Assembly (NCBI GenBank): GCA_963745835.1
Contig: CAVUZH010000024.1
Span: 192,001 to 256,000 of the forward strand
Source: an uncultured delta proteobacterium
GTDB taxonomy: Bacteria; Desulfobacterota; Binatia; UBA9968
Reading direction: 5' to 3'
Length of the DNA: 64,000 nucleotides
In this document: piece after piece, positions 33,242 to 43,429 of the stretch
How the letters are laid out: each line of letters opens with the position of its first letter
How positions within the stretch are numbered: position 1 is the stretch's first letter
Notes under the pieces: model-generated
What the model was told of the DNA's origin: nothing
What the model saw: the letters and a program-made list of their open reading frames with translations, nothing else
The model's database searches: none
Translations under genes and position numbers: made by a program

Positions 33242-34357
33242 CTACCACGTTTGAGTTCTTCCTCCCTGCACCCACCAGTTCTCACGCGCTTCAATCCGAA
33301 GCTCGTGACCCTTGCCGTGTTGCTTGGCGAGATCGTAGCACTTTTTGGCTAGAGCGATATCGACGATGCCCTGCCCACCTTGGTTCTTATAGAGAATGAT
33401 CTGGTCGTCGTCGCTGCGGCCTTTAGCTTTACCCGTAAGAACATCGCAGATATCAATTACCTTATCCCACGCGATCACCCCATTCTGCACGGGCCAGTAG
33501 ATATCGCCTTGCTGTGAATCGATAGCCTGTTCTTTTGAAAGCGCGACGATAAAACTACAGCGTTTGAGAGTCTGGTCATCAACCTCTCGGCGCGGCGCGG
33601 CAATGTTGCCGCTTTTGACCAGCTCGATGTTGCTGCCGACCACCGAGATAATATATTGCCCCTGCTCGAGCCACGATCCATCGATCACCGGCACATTAGT
33701 ATTAGTCATGCACAAGATAATATCGACGTCGCCCGCGGCGAGCTCTGGATTTTCTACGGCTCGAACGGGCACACCGGTTCTCTGGCTGATTTTTTTTGCA
33801 AAACCTTCCCGGTGCGCGGGCGTCGGACTGTAAACTTTGGCGCTCTCGATTTTCCTCATCTCAGTCAGTCCGACGAAAGTCGAATACGCTTGTTGCCCGG
33901 AGCCGTAAATACCGACACGCCTGGCGTCACGTCTGGCAAACTGATCCAGGCCGGCCAAACTCACCGCCGGCGTGCGCAGATCGGCGGCGCCGCCAACATG
34001 CCGTGGGCGATGCGCCATCACGCCCAGCAGGGATCCCGTATCCGTATCGTAGACCAGCGCGAGTTCGGTTTGATCCGGATTGTAAGGAGGTCGTCTTTGC
34101 ATGTTTCCGACAATCGCTTTTCGATGGAGCGCCACCTGCGCGCCGATTGCGCTATAAGCAGCAGAGCCGCCGGCGTAAATGTTTAGGACGGTATCGAAGC
34201 TCCCTTCGGCAATGTCGCGGTGCAGGTTGAGCCGTTTGCGCGGCGCATTGACTCCGGCGGAAGTATTTAGATCTCGCAGAGCATTTTCGGAAATGGCGAC
34301 AGCTTCTGTAAACGGGATGAATTCATCGACTTCGTCGGAGTGGAAGAAAAGAGCCAC
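33242..34357 (-). CDS. Ornithine cyclodeaminase / mu-crystallin family protein
   Basis: LRT motif, GIYGSGQQA Rossmann, VYSPTPAHRE and GRSDDDQIILYKNQGGQG; probable GTG start at 34357 with GAGG SD. Confidence 0.82.
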   Translation of the reverse strand: MALFFHSDEVDEFIPFTEAVAISENALRDLNTSAGVNAPRKRLNLHRDIAEGSFDTVLNIYAGGSAAYSAIGAQVALHRKAIVGNMQRRPPYNPDQTELALVYDTDTGSLLGVMAHRPRHVGGAADLRTPAVSLAGLDQFARRDARRVGIYGSGQQAYSTFVGLTEMRKIESAKVYSPTPAHREGFAKKISQRTGVPVRAVENPELAAGDVDIILCMTNTNVPVIDGSWLEQGQYIISVVGSNIELVKSGNIAAPRREVDDQTLKRCSFIVALSKEQAIDSQQGDIYWPVQNGVIAWDKVIDICDVLTGKAKGRSDDDQIILYKNQGGQGIVDIALAKKCYDLAKQHGKGHELRIEARENWWVQGGRTQTW

Positions 34358-34368
34358 GTTAGCCTCGT

Positions 34369-35370
34369 TTAGTTCAATCTGCCGAAATCGGTCTTCCAAA
34401 GCTTTTCTATTTTGGCCATCTCTTCGTCAGACGACGCCGGCGCGCCGGAGCATGCCACCGCTTCATCGATATGTGCGGTGTTGGAAAAACCAACCAGCAC
34501 TGTCGAGACTTTTGGATTCATCAATCCGAAGCGAATCGCGGTTTGCGTCATTCCTTTGCCATCGAGCGCAAGAGCCGCTTTCAACTTTTCGGCCCGCTGC
34601 ACATCAAGCGAGTATTCCGATCCTTTGGACAGCGGCTCTGGGGTACTGCCACCGCCGGCGCCGGGATTGGACGTGAGCGCGCCGGCCGCTAAAACCCGTA
34701 TGACCGCAACCCCCATGCCTTGAGCGGCGGCGCGATCGATCAATAGTCCATAGTCCAAAGCGCTGAATCCGGGCGGAACTGGATGGCCGGCGCTGGGATT
34801 GAGCAGATTGTAATAGGCTTGACACGAGTGGAACGCACCGCTATCGACAACCTCGTGCAATGCTGCGGGATCTCCCAAACCGGTGAAACCAAAATAACCG
34901 ACCTTTCCTTTATCACGCATGGCCTTGAGACCTTCGAGCACTCCCGAGCGGCCCAGGATTTCACCCGGTGTCATGCCAAAGCGCTGATCTGGTTGCCGGT
35001 CGATGACAACCTTCGTGTGTAGCTGAATCAAATCAACGGACTCTCTCTGCAAACGTCTCAGCCCGGCCTCGACCTCGCGCTGCGTTGCCGCTTTGATATC
35101 AGTCAATGCGTCTGCATCAAGCCGGATTTTCGTCGAGATCACCGCCGGGGTTTTCAGCTGATTGAGAATTCTTCCGAGATTCTCCTCCGATTTTCCCAAT
35201 CCATAGGCAAACGCAGTGTCAAAATAGTTTATCCCCAAATCAAGCGCGTGGCGCACTGCCTGAAGCTGATCTTCATAACTCGCCTTGACCATCAAGACGG
35301 CATTATTGCCGCAGCCGAAACCGATTTCCGAAACCCGGAGTCCGGTTTTGCCGATCGTTCGATATTGCAT
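34369..35370 (-). CDS. Aldo/keto reductase
   Basis: GKTGLRVSEIGFG, GINYFDTAFAYG.G.SE, ISTK and DLIQLH motifs. Confidence 0.92.
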   Translation of the reverse strand: MQYRTIGKTGLRVSEIGFGCGNNAVLMVKASYEDQLQAVRHALDLGINYFDTAFAYGLGKSEENLGRILNQLKTPAVISTKIRLDADALTDIKAATQREVEAGLRRLQRESVDLIQLHTKVVIDRQPDQRFGMTPGEILGRSGVLEGLKAMRDKGKVGYFGFTGLGDPAALHEVVDSGAFHSCQAYYNLLNPSAGHPVPPGFSALDYGLLIDRAAAQGMGVAVIRVLAAGALTSNPGAGGGSTPEPLSKGSEYSLDVQRAEKLKAALALDGKGMTQTAIRFGLMNPKVSTVLVGFSNTAHIDEAVACSGAPASSDEEMAKIEKLWKTDFGRLN

Positions 35371-35416
35371 AATGGCACCTCCCTACGATCGCAGGTTCTG
35401 AAACTCCAATTACAGG

Positions 35417-35497
35417 CCGCTTCATCCGAATTAAAGGATGAAAGCGGAAATCTGAAAGCGGAATTCAATTTTCAGCTCTCACAATTCAACTTTTCAA
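35417..35497. repeat. Short heptamer-period inverted low-complexity element
   Basis: TGAAAGCGGAA at 35439 and 35453; YTCA units at 35464, 35471, 35478, 35485; hairpin CCGCTTCATCC / GGATGAAAGCGG. Confidence 0.5.
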
Positions 35498-35507
35498 AGC
35501 CAGCCTG

Positions 35508-36200
35508 CTAAATATTCAAAAGCGTCTCTAAAACCGCGGCCGTGTCCGTCAAATCCGGCAGACATAGTTCCGATTGGCAGTTTAACAATTCTTCTAGCGA
35601 ATACCTGCCGGTTGCCACAAGGATGCATTTCATGCGGTTGCACCGGGCAGCCTCGAGATCCCTGGGGGTATCGCCGATGACAATGCACTCGCTGAGCGGT
35701 ATCGAGACTCCGAAGACCGCTTCGCAGCGGCGCTTGGCGATTGCCGGCAAATCAGCGCGGCGCGGCGAATCACTGCCGTAAGCACCGCGGCAGAGATAGG
35801 AATAAAGACCGGCAGCTTCAAGCTTCACTCGCGCCATCGGCTCGAGATTGCCGCTGACGACACTGCTACCGAATATGCCGCTTGTCGCGACCGTTTGCAG
35901 CAATTCGGCAACTCCGGGTAAGGCGCGCACGGTGGTACTTCCCGAGCTAATGGCCTGTGAATAGCATTGACGCAGGTTGCTTGAGAATTGTTGCCATTTA
36001 TCGTCGATATCCGGGACCAGAATATTATCTTTGCTGAAGATCTCGCTGACAATCATCGGGTCGGTATTGCCGTCGGGAATGACCGAGCGAATATCTCCCG
36101 GAACGCCAAAGGTTTCGAAAATAGCTTGGTTAAACGGCACATGGCCGTTGTGACTGCGAGTCAAGGTTCCGTCGATATCAAACAGCAATAGTCGTTTCAT
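35508..36200 (-). CDS. HAD-superfamily hydrolase (phosphatase)
   Basis: FDIDGTL motif I, VSGN motif II, IGDTPRD motif IV. Confidence 0.9.
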   Translation of the reverse strand: MKRLLLFDIDGTLTRSHNGHVPFNQAIFETFGVPGDIRSVIPDGNTDPMIVSEIFSKDNILVPDIDDKWQQFSSNLRQCYSQAISSGSTTVRALPGVAELLQTVATSGIFGSSVVSGNLEPMARVKLEAAGLYSYLCRGAYGSDSPRRADLPAIAKRRCEAVFGVSIPLSECIVIGDTPRDLEAARCNRMKCILVATGRYSLEELLNCQSELCLPDLTDTAAVLETLLNI

Positions 36201-36269
36201 GGAGCATCGGATAGTCGCAAATCAAACCGGTAATGGCAAATCGGCGGAGTCGGCGGGGATCGCAAACCG

Positions 36270-36298
36270 TTGACAAGGTATAAGGTGTGCGATAAACA
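36270..36298 (+). promoter_or_regulatory. Sigma70-like promoter for the riboswitch leader
   Basis: Perfect TTGACA at 36270, 17-nt spacer, TAAACA; start site would fall just before the aptamer. Confidence 0.6.
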
Positions 36299-36309
36299 AA
36301 TTATGTAAG

Positions 36310-36383
36310 TTTTGCGCGACTGGCGTCAACGTGGAATTAACCACGAGGGAGTGCAAAGCATAAGACGGCCGAACGCCTGGGTC
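36310..36383 (+). ncRNA. ZMP/ZTP (pfl) riboswitch aptamer
   Basis: P1 UUUUGCGC/GUGCAAAG; conserved GACUGGCG; P2 GUGG-AAUUAA-CCAC; 3' GCCGAACGCCUGGG whose CGCC can pseudoknot with GGCG. Matches the established pfl motif. Confidence 0.92.
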
Positions 36384-36411
36384 TCTTACAGATAGAGGTT
36401 CAGGCTTTTTT
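36375..36411 (+). terminator. Riboswitch expression-platform terminator
   Basis: GCCTGGGTCTCT-tacagat-AGAGGTTCAGGC-TTTTTT; the 5' arm overlaps the aptamer 3' strand. Confidence 0.88.
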
Positions 36412-36557
36412 ATGTCCTGCGAACAAACTAGCTTCACCGCACATCGCTCTGGCTGCCGTCGAAATCTCAGACCGGCTCAGAGCGCGCACGTCTCTTTTTG
36501 CTCGTCCATCTGCCGAAAACTCGCCCGGTTGCTAGAGCTCTGAGAGGATAAAAACCG

Positions 36558-37700
36558 ATGATCAAGCATTATCTACTGTCACCGGGCCCGACGCCGGTTC
36601 CTAACGAGGTCGCTTTAGCGATGTCGGAGACCATGATCCATCATCGGACGCCGCAGTTTAATCACATTTTCGATCAGGCGCGCCAGGGACTCAAAAAGCT
36701 TTTCGGCACCAAGAACGACGTGTTGATCCTTGCCTCTTCCGGCACGGGCGCGATGGAGGCATCGGTTGCCAATTTATTTTCACCCGGCGACAAAGTTCTG
36801 GTCATCAATGGCGGGAAATTCGGCGAACGCTGGCTTAACATCGCCAATGCCTTCGGCTTGAGTCCCATTGAGCTCGAAGTCGAATGGGGCCAGGCGGTAA
36901 AAGTTGATACCGTCGAGAAGCAGATGAAAGCCCATCCCGATCTAAAAGGCGTCATGATCCAGGCCAGCGAAACCTCGACAACGGTGCTCCATCCGGTCAA
37001 GGAGATCGCCAAGCTCACCAAAAACGGTCCGCTATTTCTCGTCGATGGGGTGACGGCGGTAGGTGTCGTTTCGATACCGTTCGACGAATGGGGCCTCGAT
37101 GTGTTGGTGACAGGCTCGCAGAAAGCAATGATGCTGCCGCCCGGTCTTGGTTTCATCGCTCTGAGCGATCGCGCCTGGGAAAGAACTAAGCAAGCAAAAT
37201 TGCCGCGGTTTTATTTCGACCTGAATCTCGAGCGCAAGAATCAACAAAAAGGCTCCGGCGCGTTTACACCGGCCGTGTCGTTGATTTTCGGCGCGCGCGC
37301 GTCGCTCGAGATGATGCAACGCGAAGGTCTCGATCGGGTCTATGCCCGCCATGCGCGCATGTCACGGGCCACCCGAGCGGCCGCCACCGCGTTAGGGTTG
37401 AAGCTGCTTGCTCCCGATAGTCCCAGCCCGGCAGCTACTGGCGTCTATCTGCCCGATGGCATCGATGCCGACCAGGTACTCGACTACTTGCGCGATCACA
37501 TGAACATCACGCTCGCCGAAGGACAAGATCAGTTGAAAGGAAAAGTCATTCGCATCGCCCACGTCGGTTATATGGGAGCGTTCGACGTGATCACCGCGGT
37601 TGCGGCGCTGGAGATGGTCCTGCGCAAATTCGGCGTCGAGCTTCCGTTCGGCAAGGGCGTTGCGGCCGCGCAAGAAGTTCTCATGGAGTCTTTGGTTTAA
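36558..37700 (+). CDS. Class V PLP aminotransferase (alanine-glyoxylate / serine-pyruvate family), probable phosphoserine aminotransferase role
   Basis: PGPTPVP, SSGTGAMEA, ETST and GSQKAMMLPPG (PLP Lys); role inferred from adjacency to serA. Confidence 0.88.
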   Translation: MIKHYLLSPGPTPVPNEVALAMSETMIHHRTPQFNHIFDQARQGLKKLFGTKNDVLILASSGTGAMEASVANLFSPGDKVLVINGGKFGERWLNIANAFGLSPIELEVEWGQAVKVDTVEKQMKAHPDLKGVMIQASETSTTVLHPVKEIAKLTKNGPLFLVDGVTAVGVVSIPFDEWGLDVLVTGSQKAMMLPPGLGFIALSDRAWERTKQAKLPRFYFDLNLERKNQQKGSGAFTPAVSLIFGARASLEMMQREGLDRVYARHARMSRATRAAATALGLKLLAPDSPSPAATGVYLPDGIDADQVLDYLRDHMNITLAEGQDQLKGKVIRIAHVGYMGAFDVITAVAALEMVLRKFGVELPFGKGVAAAQEVLMESLV

Positions 37701-37702
37701 CG

Positions 37703-39286
37703 ATGAAGATCTTAGTGAGCGATTCTCTCGCGCCTGAATGCCTGGAAGTATTTAAGCGCGCTCGAGGCTTTGAAGTGGATGTGCGGATCGGCCTCGATGC
37801 AAATGAGCTAAAGAAGATTTGCGCTGATTACGATGGTTGGGTGATTCGCAGTGGAACGAAGATCACCGCCGAATTGATCGAGGCGGCGAAAAACCTGAAA
37901 GTGATCGGACGCGCCGGCGTCGGTTTTGAAAACGTCGACGTCGATGCGGCAACCCAACGAGGGATCGTCGTCATGAACACCCCGGGAGGCAACAACGTCA
38001 CCACCGGAGAACATACGATCTCGCTGATGATGGCTCTGGCGCGCCACATCCCGCAGGCGGTCGCTTCTCTCAAAAACGGCAAATGGGAACGCAACAAGTT
38101 TATCGGCGTCGAGCTATGCAACAAAACCATCGGCGTGATTGGCCTCGGCAATGTCGGCCGGATCGTCGCCGAACGGGCCACCGGCCTGCGAATGAAAGTC
38201 CTCGGTTACGATCCGTTCGTTTCAGCAGAGAATATCGCGCGCATGGAGGTGGAGCCGGCGACACTGGACGAAATTTTCTCCAAGGCCGACTTTATCACCG
38301 TTCACGTTCCGCTCACGCCTGAAACCCAGGGGCTGATCAGTCGCGAAGCTTTCGCCAAAATGAAAACCGGCGTGCGCATCATTAACTGCGCGCGCGGCGG
38401 CATCGTCGATGAAAAGGATCTAGCCGACGCCATCAGAGACGGTAAGGTGGCCGGAGCCGCTCTGGATGTTTATGTTGATGAACCGCCGCCGCCCGAGCAC
38501 CCACTGCTCAAAATGGACCAGGTCATCACCACGCCTCATCTCGGCGCATCGACCGATGAAGCCCAGCTGAACGTGGCCATCGCGGTGGCCGAACAGATGG
38601 TCGATTTTCTTACCGAGGGGCTGGTTCGCTACGCCGTTAATGTCCCTTCGGTCAGCCCGGAACTTTTCAAAATTCTTCGTCCGTATCTTATCCTTGCGGA
38701 AAAGCTTGGCAGCCTGCAGGTCCAAATGGCCGATGTCTTGCCCCAGGCAGTTCACGTCGAATATCGTGGTGAAGTAACCCAATACAACATCGCTCCGCTC
38801 ACATTGGCGGTGCTCAAAGGCATGCTCACTCCGGTCATGGAGGCCAGCGTCAATTACGTCAATGCGCCGGTACTGGCCAAAGAACGCGGCATTCAAGTGG
38901 TTGAATCCAAGAGCAGCAAGGCCGGCGATTTTTCGAGTTCCATCACAGTCAAGATCGCTACCGGCGACCGTGAAGTCGAAGTCGAGGGAGCCATTTTCGG
39001 CGACAAACACCCGCGCATCGTCCGTGTCGATAATTTCTATCTGGAAGCGGCCCCCGAAGGATATATTCTTATTTTGCGTAACAAGGACGTGCCGGGCGTG
39101 GTCGGTAACGTCGGCACGATACTGGGTAAAAACGGCATCAACATCGCCGGCATGGAACTCGGACGCGGCGCAAAAGGCGGCAATGCCATTTCGTTCATTC
39201 ACGTCGATGATCTGATTCCCAAAGAGACTATGAAAGAGCTGCGCAATCTGCCGCAAACGGTTTCAGCCGAACTAGTCAAACTATAA
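37703..39286 (+). CDS. serA: D-3-phosphoglycerate dehydrogenase (long form with ASB and ACT domains)
   Basis: GRAGVG, GLGNVG, NCARGG, TPHLGAST and C-terminal NKDVPG...GINIA. Confidence 0.96.
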   Translation: MKILVSDSLAPECLEVFKRARGFEVDVRIGLDANELKKICADYDGWVIRSGTKITAELIEAAKNLKVIGRAGVGFENVDVDAATQRGIVVMNTPGGNNVTTGEHTISLMMALARHIPQAVASLKNGKWERNKFIGVELCNKTIGVIGLGNVGRIVAERATGLRMKVLGYDPFVSAENIARMEVEPATLDEIFSKADFITVHVPLTPETQGLISREAFAKMKTGVRIINCARGGIVDEKDLADAIRDGKVAGAALDVYVDEPPPPEHPLLKMDQVITTPHLGASTDEAQLNVAIAVAEQMVDFLTEGLVRYAVNVPSVSPELFKILRPYLILAEKLGSLQVQMADVLPQAVHVEYRGEVTQYNIAPLTLAVLKGMLTPVMEASVNYVNAPVLAKERGIQVVESKSSKAGDFSSSITVKIATGDREVEVEGAIFGDKHPRIVRVDNFYLEAAPEGYILILRNKDVPGVVGNVGTILGKNGINIAGMELGRGAKGGNAISFIHVDDLIPKETMKELRNLPQTVSAELVKL

Positions 39287-39303
39287 ACCGAGCGCCTTAT
39301 TAA

Positions 39304-40599
<1,296 letters not shown>

Positions 40600-40699
40600 A
40601 TCCCCCGTCGGGGCCGACCAACCGGTTGCGCTTGCGCGACCACTATTATCGCAATTCAAAGATGTCCAAGTACTGCTTTACCGTTGCTTCGAAGTCCCG

Positions 40700-41002
40700 G
40701 CCCACTACCACGTCCCAGTCATGTCTGCTCGCCGGGCGACTCGGCAAATAATTTTATTCAACAGCGGTCCGCCGCCCGTTCGAAACAACGTGACTTTCAG
40801 GAACGGGTATTTCTTTTCGAAATGATCGACAGTCACTCTGCTCTGGTCCAAAGTCATCGTCGCGTAATAGACCAGTTGCCCTTCCTTCTTGGCCCCTCGA
40901 TAATTTTTGAAGCGGGATTGCCTTGCGATCATGACACGGCTGGGATTACCAACAATCCTAAGAGCACAGAGCGACGATCCGGCGCCAGTAGCTAACCGGC
41001 AT
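40700..41002 (-). pseudogene. Degraded N-terminal fragment of an extracellular solute-binding protein (Fe3+/thiamine-type)
   Basis: GGAGGA SD and ATG 41002; frameshifted leader; then GAKKEGQLVYYATM...FEKKYPFLKVTLFRTGGGPLLNKI; truncated. Confidence 0.7.
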
Positions 41003-41112
41003 ACCGATTCCTCCTTACGATAGAAACTTTCATGAGGATTGGAAGCTTGAATACCTACTGGCCCCATGTTTATCATGGGCCGATGGTCGAAGCAGAACCC
41101 CGAGGAGGACAG

Positions 41113-41418
41113 ATGAACGGCGAAACTTCAAGAGAAAAACTCATCAACGATCTCAAGACTCTGGTCGGTGACGCGGAAGAACTTTTAAGAGCCACCACCA
41201 GTCAAGCCGGAGAGAAAGTTGCCGCGGCGCGACAGAAAATCGAGCAGAGCCTGATCGAAGGTAAGAAGGCGCTGGCCGACGCCGAACAAGCTCTGGTTGA
41301 AACTTCCAAAGAATACGCCGACATTGCTGACGACTATATCCGGGAAAATCCATGGAACGCAGTGGCTATTGCCGCCGCTGTAGGTCTCCTCGTCGGCCTG
41401 ACGATCCGCCGCAGCTAG
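41113..41418 (+). CDS. DUF883 / ElaB-YqjD family tail-anchored protein
   Basis: DLKTLVGDAEELL...YIRENPWNAVAIAAAVGLLVG..RR; GAGGAGG SD. Confidence 0.92.
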   Translation: MNGETSREKLINDLKTLVGDAEELLRATTSQAGEKVAAARQKIEQSLIEGKKALADAEQALVETSKEYADIADDYIRENPWNAVAIAAAVGLLVGLTIRRS

Positions 41419-41563
41419 AGCGATCTTCGATGGCTTTTAGAGGAAGATTTCTGGGGCACTTTCGATAGTCTTCGGCACCCATTGAAATAGGCAAGACCGG
41501 ACTTTTACCAAATTCGGTGACCCATATGCGGCATCGCCAATTTAAGTGTTGCATGTGAGGAAT

Positions 41564-43243
41564 TCATTCGGATCGTGCCCTTTCCTCTTTTCGAGGATCG
41601 GCCGCTCCTTTGACCCCGTCTTGTCCGTTGGTAATCGCCTGCACCACGCCAAGCACGCCTCGCTCGCGCAGTGCATGCCCGCGCCGCTCGAGTGATCTCT
41701 TGGTTTCGACGGAAATATCGTTTTCAACGTTTAACTGATCCGGCAGCCATTGATGATGCACGCGAGGGGCTTCCACTGCCTTGGCCACCGGCATTCGATA
41801 GTCCAGCACATTGAGAATCGTCTGGAGCGTGGCGCTGATAATGCGCGGACCGCCCGCGCCGCCCACCACAACTTCCGGCCGTTCGCCTTGCAGGATGATG
41901 GTCGGCGACATGCTGCTCAGCGGCCTCTTCCTGGGTTGCAAGGAATTAGACTCATTGCCGACCAGACCGTAAACATTGCCAGTGGAATGTATCGCGAAAT
42001 CATCCATTTCATTGTTCAGGACGATACCGGTGTTAGGCACGAGGAGTTTGGAACCAAAGCGGGTGTTGACCGAAACGGTGCAGGCCACGGCATTGCCGAA
42101 ACGATCGATCACGCTGAAATGCGTGGTTCCACCCAGCTCCGGTTTGAAATTAACCAGGCCATAATATCTCGTGGGATGAGTTTTCGCCGCGGAGATGCGG
42201 CCGCGGATCCACCTGCCGTAGTCTTTGGAAGTAAGTATTGAAACCGGCGTTTTGACAAAATCCGGATCGCCGAGATATTGCGCGCGATCGGCGAAGGCAT
42301 GCTTCATCGCTTCAGTAATCAGGTGCAGATACGTTGCCGAGTTATGCGTCAATGAGCTCAGCTGATACCCTTCAAGCACTTTTAGCATTTGCAAAATCGC
42401 CACGCCTCCAGAACTGGGCGGCGGCATGCTGATGACTGTTCGCTGGCGATAGTTGCCGATGAGAGGTTCTCGCCACACGGGTCGATAATTTTTCAGATCC
42501 TCGCTGTTTAAAACCCCGCCTTCTCTTTTGATAGTTTCGACAATCGCGTCGGCAATCCAACCTTGATAGAAAGCGTTGGCCCCTTGAGACGCAATCGCCT
42601 TCAAGGTCTCACCGAGTTCCGGCTGGCGAATCAATTCGCCTTCTGCCGGCACCTCATCATTCGGCATGTAGATTCGCCCGAGATCGGGGAACTTCTTTAT
42701 CGAGCCCTGCTGCCGATCGATGGCATAACGCAAGGTCGCGTCTAGCGGAAACCCGTTGGACGCGAGCCTGATGGCCGGCGCCATCAGCACCTGCATCGGC
42801 ATGCTGCCGAATCGCCTGTGCGCCTGCGCCAAACCCGCAACCTCACCCGGCACCGCCACCGCCAACGCGCCGGTAAGACTGAGCGACGGCACCGGCCTGC
42901 CGTCCTTAACATAGAGTTCCTTGCGCACGCCTTCGGGCGCAGTTTCGCGAAAATCCAACGCATGCGCGCGCCGGTCCTTTGTTTCGTAGATGACCATAAA
43001 GCCGCCGCCGCCGATTCCCGAGGAAGCTTGATCCACCACCGCCAATGCGTATGCGGTGGCGATGGCGGCATCAATAGCATTGCCGCCGCGGCCGAGCATT
43101 TCCATTCCCGCTTTGGTCGCCAATGGGCTATCCGACACGACCAAGCCGCTAGCACGTTGCGCAAGCGCTAACGACGGGGCAAGAAACGTGTTAAATAGGA
43201 GGATGAAAAAGCAAACGAAACGTAGGTCAAGCAGGCAGCGCAT
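41564..43243 (-). CDS. ggt: Gamma-glutamyltransferase
   Basis: GGNAIDAA, SGIGGGGF, DFRE, autocleavage TTHFS, LNNEMDDF and PLSSMSPT motifs. Confidence 0.95.
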   Translation of the reverse strand: MRCLLDLRFVCFFILLFNTFLAPSLALAQRASGLVVSDSPLATKAGMEMLGRGGNAIDAAIATAYALAVVDQASSGIGGGGFMVIYETKDRRAHALDFRETAPEGVRKELYVKDGRPVPSLSLTGALAVAVPGEVAGLAQAHRRFGSMPMQVLMAPAIRLASNGFPLDATLRYAIDRQQGSIKKFPDLGRIYMPNDEVPAEGELIRQPELGETLKAIASQGANAFYQGWIADAIVETIKREGGVLNSEDLKNYRPVWREPLIGNYRQRTVISMPPPSSGGVAILQMLKVLEGYQLSSLTHNSATYLHLITEAMKHAFADRAQYLGDPDFVKTPVSILTSKDYGRWIRGRISAAKTHPTRYYGLVNFKPELGGTTHFSVIDRFGNAVACTVSVNTRFGSKLLVPNTGIVLNNEMDDFAIHSTGNVYGLVGNESNSLQPRKRPLSSMSPTIILQGERPEVVVGGAGGPRIISATLQTILNVLDYRMPVAKAVEAPRVHHQWLPDQLNVENDISVETKRSLERRGHALRERGVLGVVQAITNGQDGVKGAADPRKEERARSE

Positions 43244-43429
43244 AAACTCATCATCTTTAGTTCTTTGCCTTCAGTTTTGCAACTTATTTAGCTGCAGAAG
43301 AGAACGTCGATAGACATCGCCCTGGCAAGCTTCGGCGAATCACTGACAGTAGGCTGCGTCAGTTTATGCTTGCCATAGCGTAGCCCTTATTCCATATTAG
43401 CTCTGACCTCTCGAACAAATTCAAAGATC

